Shown here piece after piece: positions 8,397-19,092 of a stretch of DNA of 64,000 nt. The DNA is from a virus. Numbering within the stretch: the first letter of the stretch is position 1; each line of letters starts with the position of its first letter. The position numbers and the translations under genes were made by a program. The notes below the pieces were generated by a model, which saw only the letters and a list, made by a program, of their open reading frames with translations, had not been told where the DNA came from and made no database searches. The stretch is taken from the IMG/VR virus record IMGVR_UViG_3300047311_000253, positions 2,373 through 66,372 of that record. One strand, written 5' to 3'.

Positions 8397-8472
8397 ACAC
8401 ACGATTGACTGAGACTGCCCCATGGTCTTGGTGCAGCGCCGCGTAGAGGTCTGCGTCCATGGGAGAAACGAT

Positions 8473-9612
8473 TTACCGGCCCGGCGCCCCGATCAGGCTG
8501 GTGAATTCCTTACGCTGTGCCGCCGTGAGGCTCGATCGCCATGCCGCATATTCGTTGTCGTCCATGTCGGCGAGCTTGGCGAGGTCGATGCCGGCCGGAG
8601 CCGGAGCGCCGCCGGCAGAGGACAGCGAGCGGCTGGCGGCTTGGCCGCGCTGGATGGCCTCGACCTGCTGGGTGACGGTGGGCGGTGCGGCAGCGGGAGC
8701 CGGGGAAGACGCTGCCGCACCGTTTCCAGTGTGGCCAGCACTCCCAGACGGCAAAGGTGCCGCCGGCGCCGGTGCCTGGAATCCGCGAGCCCTCGCCAGC
8801 CCATAGATGATCTGGGCGGGCCCGGCCGCGTTTGGATTGGTCTGTCGTGCCATCAGGGCGCGGGCAACGATATCGCGCTCATCAAGCGTAATGATGCGCA
8901 TGCGCTCGGCGGGATCGGTGTAGCCGGCGGCGGAAAGCTCTGCGTCACGGTTTGCCATCAGCCAATTGTAGGCTTGGCCGAAGTCGGCCTGCCTTGTGGC
9001 GAATTCGCGGGCATCCCGGACATAGGTGGTCTGCAACTCGGTGGCGGCGTCGCGTTCCTGGACGTTGGTGGCAACTTGATCGGTTTTGCCAGCAAGGCCA
9101 TTCACCTGTTCGCCGAGCCATCGCATGTAGCCGAAGGGATCGGCTTCGGGATCGGGCGGGGCGGCGGGCTGCTGGGCCGGGGGCTCGACTGCCTGCTGAA
9201 AGACCTTCAGCCTTTCATCGAGGCGCGCCCATTTCTCGCGCTCGGCTGCGGTTGATGCACGCTCGGCGGCGATCGATGTCTCCCGCGCCTGCAGCTCGCG
9301 TTGGAGTTCCTGGCGGCGGGTCTTCTCGCGCTTCCATTGGGGATAGAAGGGAGAGTCCTTGGCGGGCTCGTCATCCTCCTCAACGGGCTCCGCAGGCGTT
9401 GCCGATGCAGCCTCGGCTGGGGCCGGCTTCGCGGGTTCTGCCGCTTGGGCAGGCTTCTCCGGCTCGGCAGGGGCAGGCTTTGCAGCATCGTCACCGGCGG
9501 CCGGAGGAGTCAATCCATCGCTATTTTTCCCGCCACTTTGCAGGTAATCGATCTCGCCTTGGGTCAATCCCTCATCGAGTAAGGCGCGGGTCTTGGCGTC
9601 GGCTTCTGGCAT
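8473..9612 (-). CDS. Putative scaffolding protein
   Basis: Acidic Ala/Pro-rich coiled-coil protein just upstream of the capsid gene; start MPEADAK follows a GAGGA RBS. Confidence 0.7.
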   Translation of the reverse strand: MPEADAKTRALLDEGLTQGEIDYLQSGGKNSDGLTPPAAGDDAAKPAPAEPEKPAQAAEPAKPAPAEAASATPAEPVEEDDEPAKDSPFYPQWKREKTRRQELQRELQARETSIAAERASTAAEREKWARLDERLKVFQQAVEPPAQQPAAPPDPEADPFGYMRWLGEQVNGLAGKTDQVATNVQERDAATELQTTYVRDAREFATRQADFGQAYNWLMANRDAELSAAGYTDPAERMRIITLDERDIVARALMARQTNPNAAGPAQIIYGLARARGFQAPAPAAPLPSGSAGHTGNGAAASSPAPAAAPPTVTQQVEAIQRGQAASRSLSSAGGAPAPAGIDLAKLADMDDNEYAAWRSSLTAAQRKEFTSLIGAPGR

Positions 9613-9622
9613 AAGTGTCCTC

Positions 9623-10819
9623 TTAGATGAAAGCTTCTTGCGGTGCGAACAACGGCGCGTCCTCCCCCGACACATGCGCGATCCTGCGCTTGATGTCGGC
9701 GACGTATTCCGCCTCGCGCTCGATCAGGATGGCATCGAAGCCATCGCGCATGCAGGCCATGCCTGTGCTGCCGCTGCCGGCAAAGGGGTCGAGCACAATG
9801 CCACCGGGAGGACAGACCAACCGGCACAGATAGGCCATGAGGTCGACCGGCTTGACGGTGGGGTGTTTGGAACTCAGGCGGTCGCCTTTGTCGGCCTTGG
9901 CTGTGTAGAAGAAGCGAGCGGCGGAACCGGAATCATTGCCATAGTCGCGCGTTGTCTCATATCCAGCCTTGGCGTCTTGGCCATAGATCGCGCGCTGGCC
10001 GATTGGCCTTGTTCCAGCTTTCATTAGCCCGCTTGTCGACTCAGGAAACGCCCCCACCACTTCCTCGCTGCCGTCGTGGATCAAATTAGCAGGCCATCTC
10101 CCGATCTCAGAACCACTTTGAAAATCATTACCGTTTCCGGTGCGCCATTGTTCTGGATTTCCGGTCCCGCCATGGTTATTGCGAACCGTGCTTTCTGCCC
10201 CCTTCACCCTGCAAGCGCCTATGTTGAGAGCACCAGCACCGTGCGCCAGCACATTGGCTGCCACAGTTCCAATGAGGGGCTTGCGTGCGAGGATGATGGG
10301 CTCATGGGCGGGCTTTAGGGCGGTGCCCCAGCCCTGCCATTTGCGGGCGGCGTCGGTGGCGGGGGCGGTGACTAAAACCCCGCCGTTTTCCGTCTCCATC
10401 CCGTTCCAGCCGCCGTGAGATTGTTCCTTATGCTCCTGTACCTGTTGTCTCGTTCTACTTTCCCCGACCACTTCCCGTTCCGCCCCCGCGGCCTTGTCGA
10501 TCGCCTTGCTCACGTCAAGCGACTTCGGAAATCCGCTGCCGTAAAGCCACATGATCTGGTCGCGTATCTCAAATCCAGCGTCCTCGATCGCGCATGCCAA
10601 GCGGTGATAGGTGCGGGAGCCGCCGAACGCGAGCAAGTGGCCACCGGGCTTGAGGACACGGAAGACGGCTTTCCAGAATGGAATTCCTGGAACGCCATGG
10701 TCCCAGTTCTTGCCCATGAACGATAGGCCATAGGGCGGGTCCGTCACGCAGGCATCGACCGAGGCTTCCCCGAGCGTCGGCAACACATCCAGACAATCTC
10801 CGGTAAGTACACGAATCAT
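9623..10819 (-). CDS. DNA N6-adenine/N4-cytosine methyltransferase (beta class)
   Basis: VTDPPY, HPTVKP, DPFAGSGST. Confidence 0.9.
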   Translation of the reverse strand: MIRVLTGDCLDVLPTLGEASVDACVTDPPYGLSFMGKNWDHGVPGIPFWKAVFRVLKPGGHLLAFGGSRTYHRLACAIEDAGFEIRDQIMWLYGSGFPKSLDVSKAIDKAAGAEREVVGESRTRQQVQEHKEQSHGGWNGMETENGGVLVTAPATDAARKWQGWGTALKPAHEPIILARKPLIGTVAANVLAHGAGALNIGACRVKGAESTVRNNHGGTGNPEQWRTGNGNDFQSGSEIGRWPANLIHDGSEEVVGAFPESTSGLMKAGTRPIGQRAIYGQDAKAGYETTRDYGNDSGSAARFFYTAKADKGDRLSSKHPTVKPVDLMAYLCRLVCPPGGIVLDPFAGSGSTGMACMRDGFDAILIEREAEYVADIKRRIAHVSGEDAPLFAPQEAFI

Positions 10820-11121
10820 GATGCCGGCGCTGTCTGTTTCGGCGGCGGTAACACATCCTTATGATGGGTTTCAGCCGCCCACGCCTCAATGATATCGCGG
10901 CCTCGTGGAACATGATAGTCGTTCATTATCACTCCCATCGTGCCGGGGAATGCATCCTTATGGTGGATTTTAGCCGCCCACGCCTCAATGATATCGCGGC
11001 TCTGCGTTTCCCTGATATCCACTCCGAGCCCCGCCCAATACCGGACGCAATCCAAATTCCTTGGGTCTCGTGGAACATGATAACCGTTCATTATCACTCC
11101 TATCGTGCCGCGGAAGGTCAT
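10816..11121 (-). CDS. Mosaic small ORF built from internal duplications and a copy of the portal C-terminus
   Basis: GT.GVIMN.YHVPR x2, RDIIEAWAA..HHKD x2, ends PKQTAPAS; ATGA-coupled at both ends. Confidence 0.5.
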   Translation of the reverse strand: MTFRGTIGVIMNGYHVPRDPRNLDCVRYWAGLGVDIRETQSRDIIEAWAAKIHHKDAFPGTMGVIMNDYHVPRGRDIIEAWAAETHHKDVLPPPKQTAPAS

Positions 11122-13424
11122 GCTGGCGCCGTCTGTTTCGGCTGCGGCGGGAACGCATCCTTGTGATGCGGTATCGGTGTCAACGCATCGATCAGCGCCC
11201 CGACACGGGCCGCGTGCGCGCTGGCATGGTCTGCGGCTTGGCCTGCCTGCTCGCTGCCGACCTTGGCCCGGACATGATCCGCGGTTGCCCGTTCGGTCGC
11301 GACCTTGGCATAAGTGTGGGCGGTCTCGGCATTGGTCTTGCCTACATCGGCCTGGGTCTTCATGGCCTCGAAGCCTGACTTGCGGGCTTCGTTCATGGCG
11401 GCGGCTAAATCTCCTTGGTGTTTAAGTAACAAATTTTTTGCCATCGCCAAGTCATACATTGCCGTGGCTTCGGTACTCGATGCCTGCTTGTTGAACAACT
11501 CGGCCTGCGCCTGGTCCTTACTGGCCTTCGCCACCGCACCGGCTAGCGCCGCCTGCTTCATCTGTTCGACCATCGGGTCGGCCTGCTGCGGCGAGTTGAG
11601 CATTTGCCGGATCGATTCCAGCATTGCCTGCGGCAGCGGCGAGAATTCCAATACCTTCAGTAAGATTTGCGGCTGCGCCATCAACTGGTCTTTGAAAGCC
11701 GGCAGCAGGTTCGAAATGATAGCCCAGTTCGCTTGCTTCTGGTTCGGACTTGTCGGCGTGTCGTCAACGATCACGTCGTATTCGCCAAGCGTGCGGTCGC
11801 GAAGAAGCTGAATCGACTTCTGCCCATCCTGGCCGGTGATGCGGATGATACGGCCGTCACTCAGGAAGTTTTGAATGTAATAGAGACGGATTCGCCCGAC
11901 GATCTTGCGCATGCGGCGCAGCGCATCGAACATGGTGGCGAGCACCGTCATCCCGGCCTGCTTGCGCATGGCCTCCAGGATGCCGGGCTGGTTCACATCT
12001 TTTTGGCCGATCAGTTCCAGATTGATGCCGGACACATCGCGGGTGGCGTTGATGGCCATGTCAAGCAATTGCAGATAGCCCTCGACGTTGCCGCCAGTCG
12101 GTTTGGCGACAAACTTGGGACCGTTCTGCCCCGATAGCGCGCCGCGGGCCGCCCATACGATGCCATCGGGACGCGCCCAGTTCTGCTCGGCTTGGCGCTG
12201 GTCCTCAAACATGCCGGTTTCGGCAACGATGCCGCCCTTGGCCGTCGAGTTGAGGATGTGTAGCGTTTGGCTCAACCACTTGTTGCCCCACATCTGGGGG
12301 TCGCGCAAGGTGCGGACGATGCCAAACCATGTCTTCTTGGTGTGGTGTAGCTGGCCAGTGATGACGGTGCGCGAAAACCGGGCGGGGTCTTTGGCGGGGC
12401 CTATTTCCAGGATTTCCTGGCCCAGGAAAGCTTGCTTGAACACCTTGCGCTTGGTTTTAGCGGCCGTGAGTTGCTGCGGGCGATAGCCGGGGATGGCCTG
12501 TGCCTTGATGGCCTCGACCTCGGCGTGACGGGATTTCAGCTTGGTATAGGTCGGCCCATCAAGCTTGTGCATCTTGTTGTTGGTGGGATCGGCGACACAC
12601 CAGCAATCTTCGCGCTCCCACCATTCGAGATGAACGAGGGTGACCTCATCCTGATCGGCTAGCGGGCCGGACGAGTTCTCGTCGCGGACGCGGCGTTCCT
12701 CCAGGGTCTTCTGGGGCGTGCCGGGATCGTTGGCGTACGCCCATTTGGCGTCGAGCTGGTCGCGGTTGAAGTCGGGAAAGAGTTGCTGCGCATCGCCGAG
12801 CGGCATGGTGCGGACGCGCCAATCGCGGCGGCGATCCACCATGTTCTTTTTCTTTGCTGTGCGGTCCCAGTAGAATTCGAGCGGATCGATCGCCTCCTCG
12901 ATGTATTTGCCCTCGGCTTCTTCCTCATAGTCCATGCGGTGCTCGAGCACACCCAGGCCGCAGATCAGTGTGTGTTCGAAGGCTTCACTTTCCTCATCCT
13001 CGCCGTCGCATTCGTCCGCCATCCATTTGGAGGCGCCGGTCAAGGTTTCGTCGATCGCAGAATCTTCCAGCTTGCGGGGCAGAAATGCAATCTCATGGCG
13101 GCCGTTGATCTCCATGCCGGCCACGGCCTTGATGATGGTCAGGCTGCGGTTGAAGACGATGGGGCTGCGGTTCTGGTCCTTGAGAAGGGCTTGGTCCTTT
13201 TCGCTCCACTGGTCACCAGCGATGAAGTCGAAGTCCGTTTTGGCCTGGACGCGCCAATCCTTGGAGTGCCGTTCGTCACCCTTGAACCAAGCCTTGAAGA
13301 CGCGCATGGCCTCCGACTTTTCCAACTCGGACGGACGCATGTCGTTGCCCGGCGCGGCAGACTGATCTGCCTGCGGGCCGTCTTGGGAGGATTTGGTGGC
13401 GACTTGCTCGTCAACGTCGGCCAT
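11118..13424 (-). CDS. Portal protein (P22-like)
   Basis: 768 aa; DF..GDQW, PIVFN, LRDPQ...NK..S, YDV.VD..P.SP; upstream of scaffold and capsid. Confidence 0.85.
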   Translation of the reverse strand: MADVDEQVATKSSQDGPQADQSAAPGNDMRPSELEKSEAMRVFKAWFKGDERHSKDWRVQAKTDFDFIAGDQWSEKDQALLKDQNRSPIVFNRSLTIIKAVAGMEINGRHEIAFLPRKLEDSAIDETLTGASKWMADECDGEDEESEAFEHTLICGLGVLEHRMDYEEEAEGKYIEEAIDPLEFYWDRTAKKKNMVDRRRDWRVRTMPLGDAQQLFPDFNRDQLDAKWAYANDPGTPQKTLEERRVRDENSSGPLADQDEVTLVHLEWWEREDCWCVADPTNNKMHKLDGPTYTKLKSRHAEVEAIKAQAIPGYRPQQLTAAKTKRKVFKQAFLGQEILEIGPAKDPARFSRTVITGQLHHTKKTWFGIVRTLRDPQMWGNKWLSQTLHILNSTAKGGIVAETGMFEDQRQAEQNWARPDGIVWAARGALSGQNGPKFVAKPTGGNVEGYLQLLDMAINATRDVSGINLELIGQKDVNQPGILEAMRKQAGMTVLATMFDALRRMRKIVGRIRLYYIQNFLSDGRIIRITGQDGQKSIQLLRDRTLGEYDVIVDDTPTSPNQKQANWAIISNLLPAFKDQLMAQPQILLKVLEFSPLPQAMLESIRQMLNSPQQADPMVEQMKQAALAGAVAKASKDQAQAELFNKQASSTEATAMYDLAMAKNLLLKHQGDLAAAMNEARKSGFEAMKTQADVGKTNAETAHTYAKVATERATADHVRAKVGSEQAGQAADHASAHAARVGALIDALTPIPHHKDAFPPQPKQTAPA

Positions 13425-13567
13425 GGGTTATTTCTTAGGCGGCGCTTCAGCCGCAGCACGCAGGATTGCTGCACGCTCATCGTGATGACGGCGCCTCTCA
13501 CGCAGTTCTTTCTTGCGTAAGACGCGATCCACATACATTTCGACGGCCAACAAAAGACGCGGTGCCA

Positions 13568-14638
13568 TCAGGCCGCCTCCGATCCTTCGGGCTTCTCGGA
13601 CGGCTTGTCCGTTTCATCGGCGAGTTCGGCGCCAGTCTCGGTCGCCTGCTTCGGAGGACGGTTGCGGCGCTTTGGTGCTTCCTCGGGCGGCTGCCTGTCC
13701 AAAGTTTTGGCATGCAGTTCCAGCACTTCAATGCGATCAACAAGCCGCGTAATCGACAGGAACATCTCATCCATCGTCTGCTTTTGCCGCAACGCCTCCG
13801 GGTTGAAATCCCAACAGTTGAACTGATGCACCTTCCCATTGCCGGCCGGTGAGCCCCGCCGCGGGAGATTGTCCCGATAGGATGGCTCGGAATGGTCCGG
13901 GGTCATGAAGATGGAAATGCGGTCGTGGGAATAGATTTTGACGCACCAGCCGACGATCTCTTGCATGCCGCCGATTTGCTCGCCGGGATTGGTGATGAAC
14001 ATGACGGGGGCGCCGAGCCAGGGGGCGTCGCGGGAGGCGGGGGCGGCGAGGTCAGTGGTGTGAATGGGAGCGAGCGCGACTTCCGGGGAGGGCTGATTGG
14101 GGATCGCACCCGCGGCGGCATAAATATCCTGCTGAATCGCATGGACGATGCCTCGATCCTCCGGCACCTTCACTGCAATCCCCCACTTCTTCGCCCGCTC
14201 GGAAAGGTCCGCCATCCGCACCCGGATCGATGCGGCGACTTCAGGAAGGGCCTCGGCCATCTCGCGCCGCGCGCCTGCGATGGCGTCCGTCAATTCCCGC
14301 ACATGGATGTGCTTGGAAATGTCGGCCCATGTCAGGTCGGATTTCGACCCGATGATGTGCTTGTTCTCGGCCATGTCGTGGAAGGTGACGGTGCCGAGCG
14401 ATTTGCAGGCGACCGGCGCGCCCGGAGGCGGGTCCAAGTAATTCGAGGCGATCGACATGCGATAGCGATTGTATGGCGTGGTGATGAGGATGAAGGCTTG
14501 GTCGCCATTCAATTGCGGCTTGCCGTCGCCACCCTTGGGATAGCGCTCCAGCTCGGGCCGGACGTGTTTGCCCCAGTCCACCACGTCGGCAAGGTGGTTG
14601 GCGACGAAATACTGCAGGCCTTGAATTTGCGATATCAT
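13568..14638 (-). CDS. Hypothetical phage protein
   Basis: 356-aa ORF with GAGGAG RBS, in operon direction. Confidence 0.7.
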   Translation of the reverse strand: MISQIQGLQYFVANHLADVVDWGKHVRPELERYPKGGDGKPQLNGDQAFILITTPYNRYRMSIASNYLDPPPGAPVACKSLGTVTFHDMAENKHIIGSKSDLTWADISKHIHVRELTDAIAGARREMAEALPEVAASIRVRMADLSERAKKWGIAVKVPEDRGIVHAIQQDIYAAAGAIPNQPSPEVALAPIHTTDLAAPASRDAPWLGAPVMFITNPGEQIGGMQEIVGWCVKIYSHDRISIFMTPDHSEPSYRDNLPRRGSPAGNGKVHQFNCWDFNPEALRQKQTMDEMFLSITRLVDRIEVLELHAKTLDRQPPEEAPKRRNRPPKQATETGAELADETDKPSEKPEGSEAA

Positions 14639-14658
14639 TCAAACTCCTCGGATTTGAC

Positions 14659-17600
14659 TTAGACTCCGATGTCGGTCCCAACCGCTGGAACAATCGTATC
14701 TACTTCCAGCGCAATGTTCGGCCACGCCGAAGTACGAGCATAGACCGGATATGGCGTCGTGAAGATACCCTGATCCGTCTCTACCGTAATAGCAAGCTGA
14801 GCATAACTGCTGATCGGCTGTCCTCCGACCAGATCAGGGAACGAGGGACGAACCGAATCAGATAACCACCCGGTATAAAATGCAAAACTGTCTGCGCCGA
14901 TCATCACTGAGGTGGTCGTTCCTGTGAGATTTGTAATCACACGCGAACCAACGTTCAACAAATCAATACTACCGGAAAAATCCAGTGGAAGCTGATTTGC
15001 ATCGAATCCGTTACACCCGTATGCAGTAACCGACGCTGCGCTGGTTGTATTCGCTGCGCTAAGTATGTATTCTCCTGCACCACCAGGCGGTCCGGATACT
15101 TGCGAAACAACCTTAGTTCCTGCTGTGATTCCAGTCCCGATAACCGTATCGCCAGGAGAGATATAACCAGTTACCACAGTAGCAGTAATGTGTGTTGAAG
15201 GTGTTCCCGCAGTTCCAGTAAATGTCGCTTGTGTTTCACCTAGGATCATCGTCCGAGCTCCGCCACCCGTCGTGGTGTCGGCCTTAATGACATCAATCGT
15301 CATCTTCTTTAGATTGCCCCACACCAACATCGGAGACGTTAGATTGGATGCGATAGCATGCATTTGTCCAGTGAAAGAACGAGCCCCATAGCTCCTGAAT
15401 GGGCGGCCTTGTGTAGGTGCACTACGCGCATCCACCACATTTACATGCCCGCCACTTCCTGTGACCGTAACGCACGGACAGGGATGCGGTACAACCTTGA
15501 TAGGTCTTGTGGTGACGGTATGAACTCCGCTTCCGGCCGCCGATGCGTCCGATGCCCCATTGATAGAGGTGGAGCCGTCCACAGATAGTTCAAAAGTCCC
15601 GGCTCCGACATTTCGGTTAAGGGTGACGTACATCTTCGGGACACCGGAATTTCCAGCGGCGAAGGCATCAATGATGCCGCCGAGCGGATCATTGAACGTC
15701 ATGGCGATCGGGCCGACGGTCTGGCTTTTGTTTACATAATACGTGCCGTTGCCACCCACCCCGGTCCCGTACGCTGTGATGATCGTCCCGGCAGTAATGC
15801 CCACGCCAATTGGCGATAGGCGCGGGAAGATGATGCCGGCTGAGAACCCCGCCACCGTTAGGACGGTACCTGAAATGGAACACGTTGCCGCTGTTCCGAC
15901 AGCCGCCGCTGTTGCGGGCAGCGTTCCCGTCGTCTGAATTGCAATGTACGTCCCATCGGCCGGTAGCGGCGTTAGCTGCCCACCGGCAAGCGTAGTAGTA
16001 CATTTGATGGGAGTTCCATGGGCGATCGTTACCGTTCCGGTCGTTTGCGACCCCACGGGAAGCGATTCCAAGGTAGTCGTAACGTCGAATGTAGGCTTGT
16101 GAAAGATCGTCGGAGATGAACCAGTGCCTGATGTCTGTAACGCTGGACCGCCAAGAAATGCCGCCAGCTTGTGTGTGAGGCTGGAGACATCCCGTACCCA
16201 ATACGGAGTCGACGTAATCAGTTGGCCTCCCGAGGGCATGGGTGTATACAGCAGGAACGAGACGACATCGCCATTAGCAGTAGGATTACTGCCGCTCCAG
16301 GTCACGACCGCATCGGTTGGTGATCCCCCACCGCCGGAGACCGCCACCGTGGCGCTGTTGGACGACCCCATAGTGAGATCGATGATCTTGTAGGGGGCGC
16401 CCATGTTGGCAAATCTCTCGTCACCGCCTGCCACAACACCCGTTGTCAGGTTGTTTACGAAGCCCACCGCCCCCTTGACCATCCAAGAGGACTCGGCGGT
16501 TCCGATATTAATAATTGGCTTCTTTAGCACTCCCCCACTGAATGACCACGTATTTACCATGAGACTGAGACCACCGGTATTCGGGTCGTCAGCAACTCTG
16601 ACCGCTGGTTGAAAATTACCAAACGTTGAACTGCGCACATCCAGTGTCTCAGTGAAGCCGAATGCCGGGCCAACGAGCAACCCCAACTCTACCTCAGACT
16701 GTTCAATAACCATATTGCGAGCGGTTCCGGAAATCTGCGTTGGGGTAGAGTTGCGGACCGTCATTTTATTAGGTCCGGCGCCCTCGATCTGGATGGAGCC
16801 TATATTCCGCGAGTTCTGAACCGTCTGATTTGCAACCAGTTTATCGGTGATAAGGGACAGCCTGCCAGGACCACTTATCAAGTTATCAAATATCACGTCC
16901 TGGGCGCAGCTTGAATACGGGCCTTCGCCGTCAGTGGTAAGTCCAATTATGTGAACATACCGTCCGGATATCTGCCATTGAAATGTACCTGTTGTCCTAC
17001 CGCCTCTGATAATTATTTCTGCGTCAAATTCAGGACCGCACGGCATCGCCACCGCCGTCCCGGCCCCCATCTGGCCATCATCGTTGGTACTAAAATTAGG
17101 GGTAGTGTCGGAGTATCCGTACAAAGTTGGTTCAGTGGCGCCAAGTAGGCTCGCCGGACCAAATGTTATCGCCCCCCCACTAATGCCGACTATACGCTTA
17201 AATTCATACGTCATAACATTAGGATTACCAGCGGACGGCCTACCGAAGTATTCCTGCAAACTTGAGTCGCCGAGCAAGAGCATACCGCCAATCGTAAAAT
17301 TAGCGGCATCCGCGGCATTCTTCAGGATCGTCGATGTGCTACCGGCCGGCGTCGTATTGATAGGGAAACTTTTCTGGGGATAGAAACCGCCTACATAGCC
17401 TGCCCCAAAAAACCCGACAGCCATCGAACCAGCACCAACAATTGTGACGCCGCTTATATCGATGTCGAGTTTTCGTGGACCCTGGAGTCGAAATACAGAT
17501 GAGCTATAGTATGCACCGGCGGGAATAAAGAACTTTAACCAGTCTGCATTTACAGTAGCCATGTAAACATGTGACGAACCTGCACCAAGTGTAATATCCG

Positions 17601-19092
17601 GAGGTTGTCCAGCGCCGCCAAACCCAGCAATATTGCTTGTGCAAAATATACCATTGATATCGTAGGCGGTAATCTTAAAGGCGGTCAGCGTCATGCTATT
17701 GAAGCTGACATATACCGGCACCATTGACGTAACGCCGGAAGGTAGAGCCCCACCCCCTCCACTTGGCGTAAATAACACGACGGCATCACTTACACGCAGC
17801 AAATGTGGGATAGGAGTGACACCATCGTCTGGATTGAGTGCCGTGATCACAGACCCGCTGATGCTAACTGGAATTGCTCGGCCATAAGTCGGGTTTATGG
17901 TCTTGAGAGAGGGGATTAGCCCGGTTCCCAACGGAGGCGCATTAGCACCCATCATGTTAAAGAATGCCGGGCCATTATCAGTCGGTGGATCGCTAGAGCC
18001 AATGGCTTTATAGCCGTCCGCGACAAGACCGTAGGCCGCCGCCAGATTGATTGCACCAGGAACGGCGCCGGCAGCACTAAGCACGCCACCCGATACTACA
18101 ATGGTGGAGTTGTCCGGCTTGACAACGCCAAGCACAGATGAAGTAGCGGTCCTAGCCGACGCCACAACATTGCCTGTCGTTGGCGATATGGTGAGCGTTC
18201 CGTCGCTATTGGAAACCGAGCTGACAACACCACCAGCAGGCGTCGCCCAGGTGCCGTCGCCACGCCAAAACGTCGATGATGATGCGCCAGTTCCGCTGTT
18301 GAGATTGGCGACCGGAAGATTGCTGACGCCGCTTAGGGTTGTGGACCCTGTCCATATGCCGATCTGGCCATTGGTGGGCGTCGCGACGTTAGAAACGTTT
18401 CCAGCCCCGGCAGGCGTGGCCCACGTTGCGTCGCCGCGCCAAAACGTCGATGCTGTTGCGCCAGTTCCGCTGTTGAGATGAGAAACCGGCAAATTTCCCG
18501 TCACGCCGCCCTGGGACGTTGACGCAAGGTTCGCCGCGGGGATATCGGAGGATACCAACGCCCGGAAGGTTGGTGTTGCCACACCACCGGATGTCGGGCC
18601 GGACAGAACAACGTTGGGAGCCTGGGTCGCCAAGGTGACGGCGAAAGTGCCCGCTGTCGTAATGGTTGCCGGGCTTACATTAAGGAATGACGGCAGTGTT
18701 AGTGTGACACTGGTGACCGTGCCGGGCGGGATGGTCAGCGTCGCATTTGGCGACGCGCCCCCGATTACGGCGCCCGTGACTGTAAGATTGGTAACCGCCG
18801 CGACGGTGTTGGAACCGTCCGTAAAAGTCACTGTACCTGGAGCGCCCCCCGGGGCACTCAACACACCTCCAGCAATTGTAATGGTGGAATTGTCAGGCTT
18901 GACAACACCCAAGAGGGATGATGTCGCAGTCCTGGCCGAAGCTACGACAGGACCAGTCGTTGGCGATATGCTGAGCGTTCCGTCGCTATTCGAGACGGAA
19001 GTTACGCCACCAGACTCTGCTGGAGCGCCAAACCCCGGCGTTTCCAGTTCGTTGCTACCGCCAAAACCCGGCGTCCCGGTGTTGCTGCTCAT
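14659..19092 (-). CDS. Large tail fibre/tailspike-like protein (~1477 aa)
   Basis: G/T/S/V-rich; duplicated modules SVSNSDGTL.ISPTTG (780-nt period) and SGTGA...TFWRGD.TWATP (174-nt period); ATGA-coupled start. Confidence 0.65.
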   Translation of the reverse strand: MSSNTGTPGFGGSNELETPGFGAPAESGGVTSVSNSDGTLSISPTTGPVVASARTATSSLLGVVKPDNSTITIAGGVLSAPGGAPGTVTFTDGSNTVAAVTNLTVTGAVIGGASPNATLTIPPGTVTSVTLTLPSFLNVSPATITTAGTFAVTLATQAPNVVLSGPTSGGVATPTFRALVSSDIPAANLASTSQGGVTGNLPVSHLNSGTGATASTFWRGDATWATPAGAGNVSNVATPTNGQIGIWTGSTTLSGVSNLPVANLNSGTGASSSTFWRGDGTWATPAGGVVSSVSNSDGTLTISPTTGNVVASARTATSSVLGVVKPDNSTIVVSGGVLSAAGAVPGAINLAAAYGLVADGYKAIGSSDPPTDNGPAFFNMMGANAPPLGTGLIPSLKTINPTYGRAIPVSISGSVITALNPDDGVTPIPHLLRVSDAVVLFTPSGGGGALPSGVTSMVPVYVSFNSMTLTAFKITAYDINGIFCTSNIAGFGGAGQPPDITLGAGSSHVYMATVNADWLKFFIPAGAYYSSSVFRLQGPRKLDIDISGVTIVGAGSMAVGFFGAGYVGGFYPQKSFPINTTPAGSTSTILKNAADAANFTIGGMLLLGDSSLQEYFGRPSAGNPNVMTYEFKRIVGISGGAITFGPASLLGATEPTLYGYSDTTPNFSTNDDGQMGAGTAVAMPCGPEFDAEIIIRGGRTTGTFQWQISGRYVHIIGLTTDGEGPYSSCAQDVIFDNLISGPGRLSLITDKLVANQTVQNSRNIGSIQIEGAGPNKMTVRNSTPTQISGTARNMVIEQSEVELGLLVGPAFGFTETLDVRSSTFGNFQPAVRVADDPNTGGLSLMVNTWSFSGGVLKKPIINIGTAESSWMVKGAVGFVNNLTTGVVAGGDERFANMGAPYKIIDLTMGSSNSATVAVSGGGGSPTDAVVTWSGSNPTANGDVVSFLLYTPMPSGGQLITSTPYWVRDVSSLTHKLAAFLGGPALQTSGTGSSPTIFHKPTFDVTTTLESLPVGSQTTGTVTIAHGTPIKCTTTLAGGQLTPLPADGTYIAIQTTGTLPATAAAVGTAATCSISGTVLTVAGFSAGIIFPRLSPIGVGITAGTIITAYGTGVGGNGTYYVNKSQTVGPIAMTFNDPLGGIIDAFAAGNSGVPKMYVTLNRNVGAGTFELSVDGSTSINGASDASAAGSGVHTVTTRPIKVVPHPCPCVTVTGSGGHVNVVDARSAPTQGRPFRSYGARSFTGQMHAIASNLTSPMLVWGNLKKMTIDVIKADTTTGGGARTMILGETQATFTGTAGTPSTHITATVVTGYISPGDTVIGTGITAGTKVVSQVSGPPGGAGEYILSAANTTSAASVTAYGCNGFDANQLPLDFSGSIDLLNVGSRVITNLTGTTTSVMIGADSFAFYTGWLSDSVRPSFPDLVGGQPISSYAQLAITVETDQGIFTTPYPVYARTSAWPNIALEVDTIVPAVGTDIGV

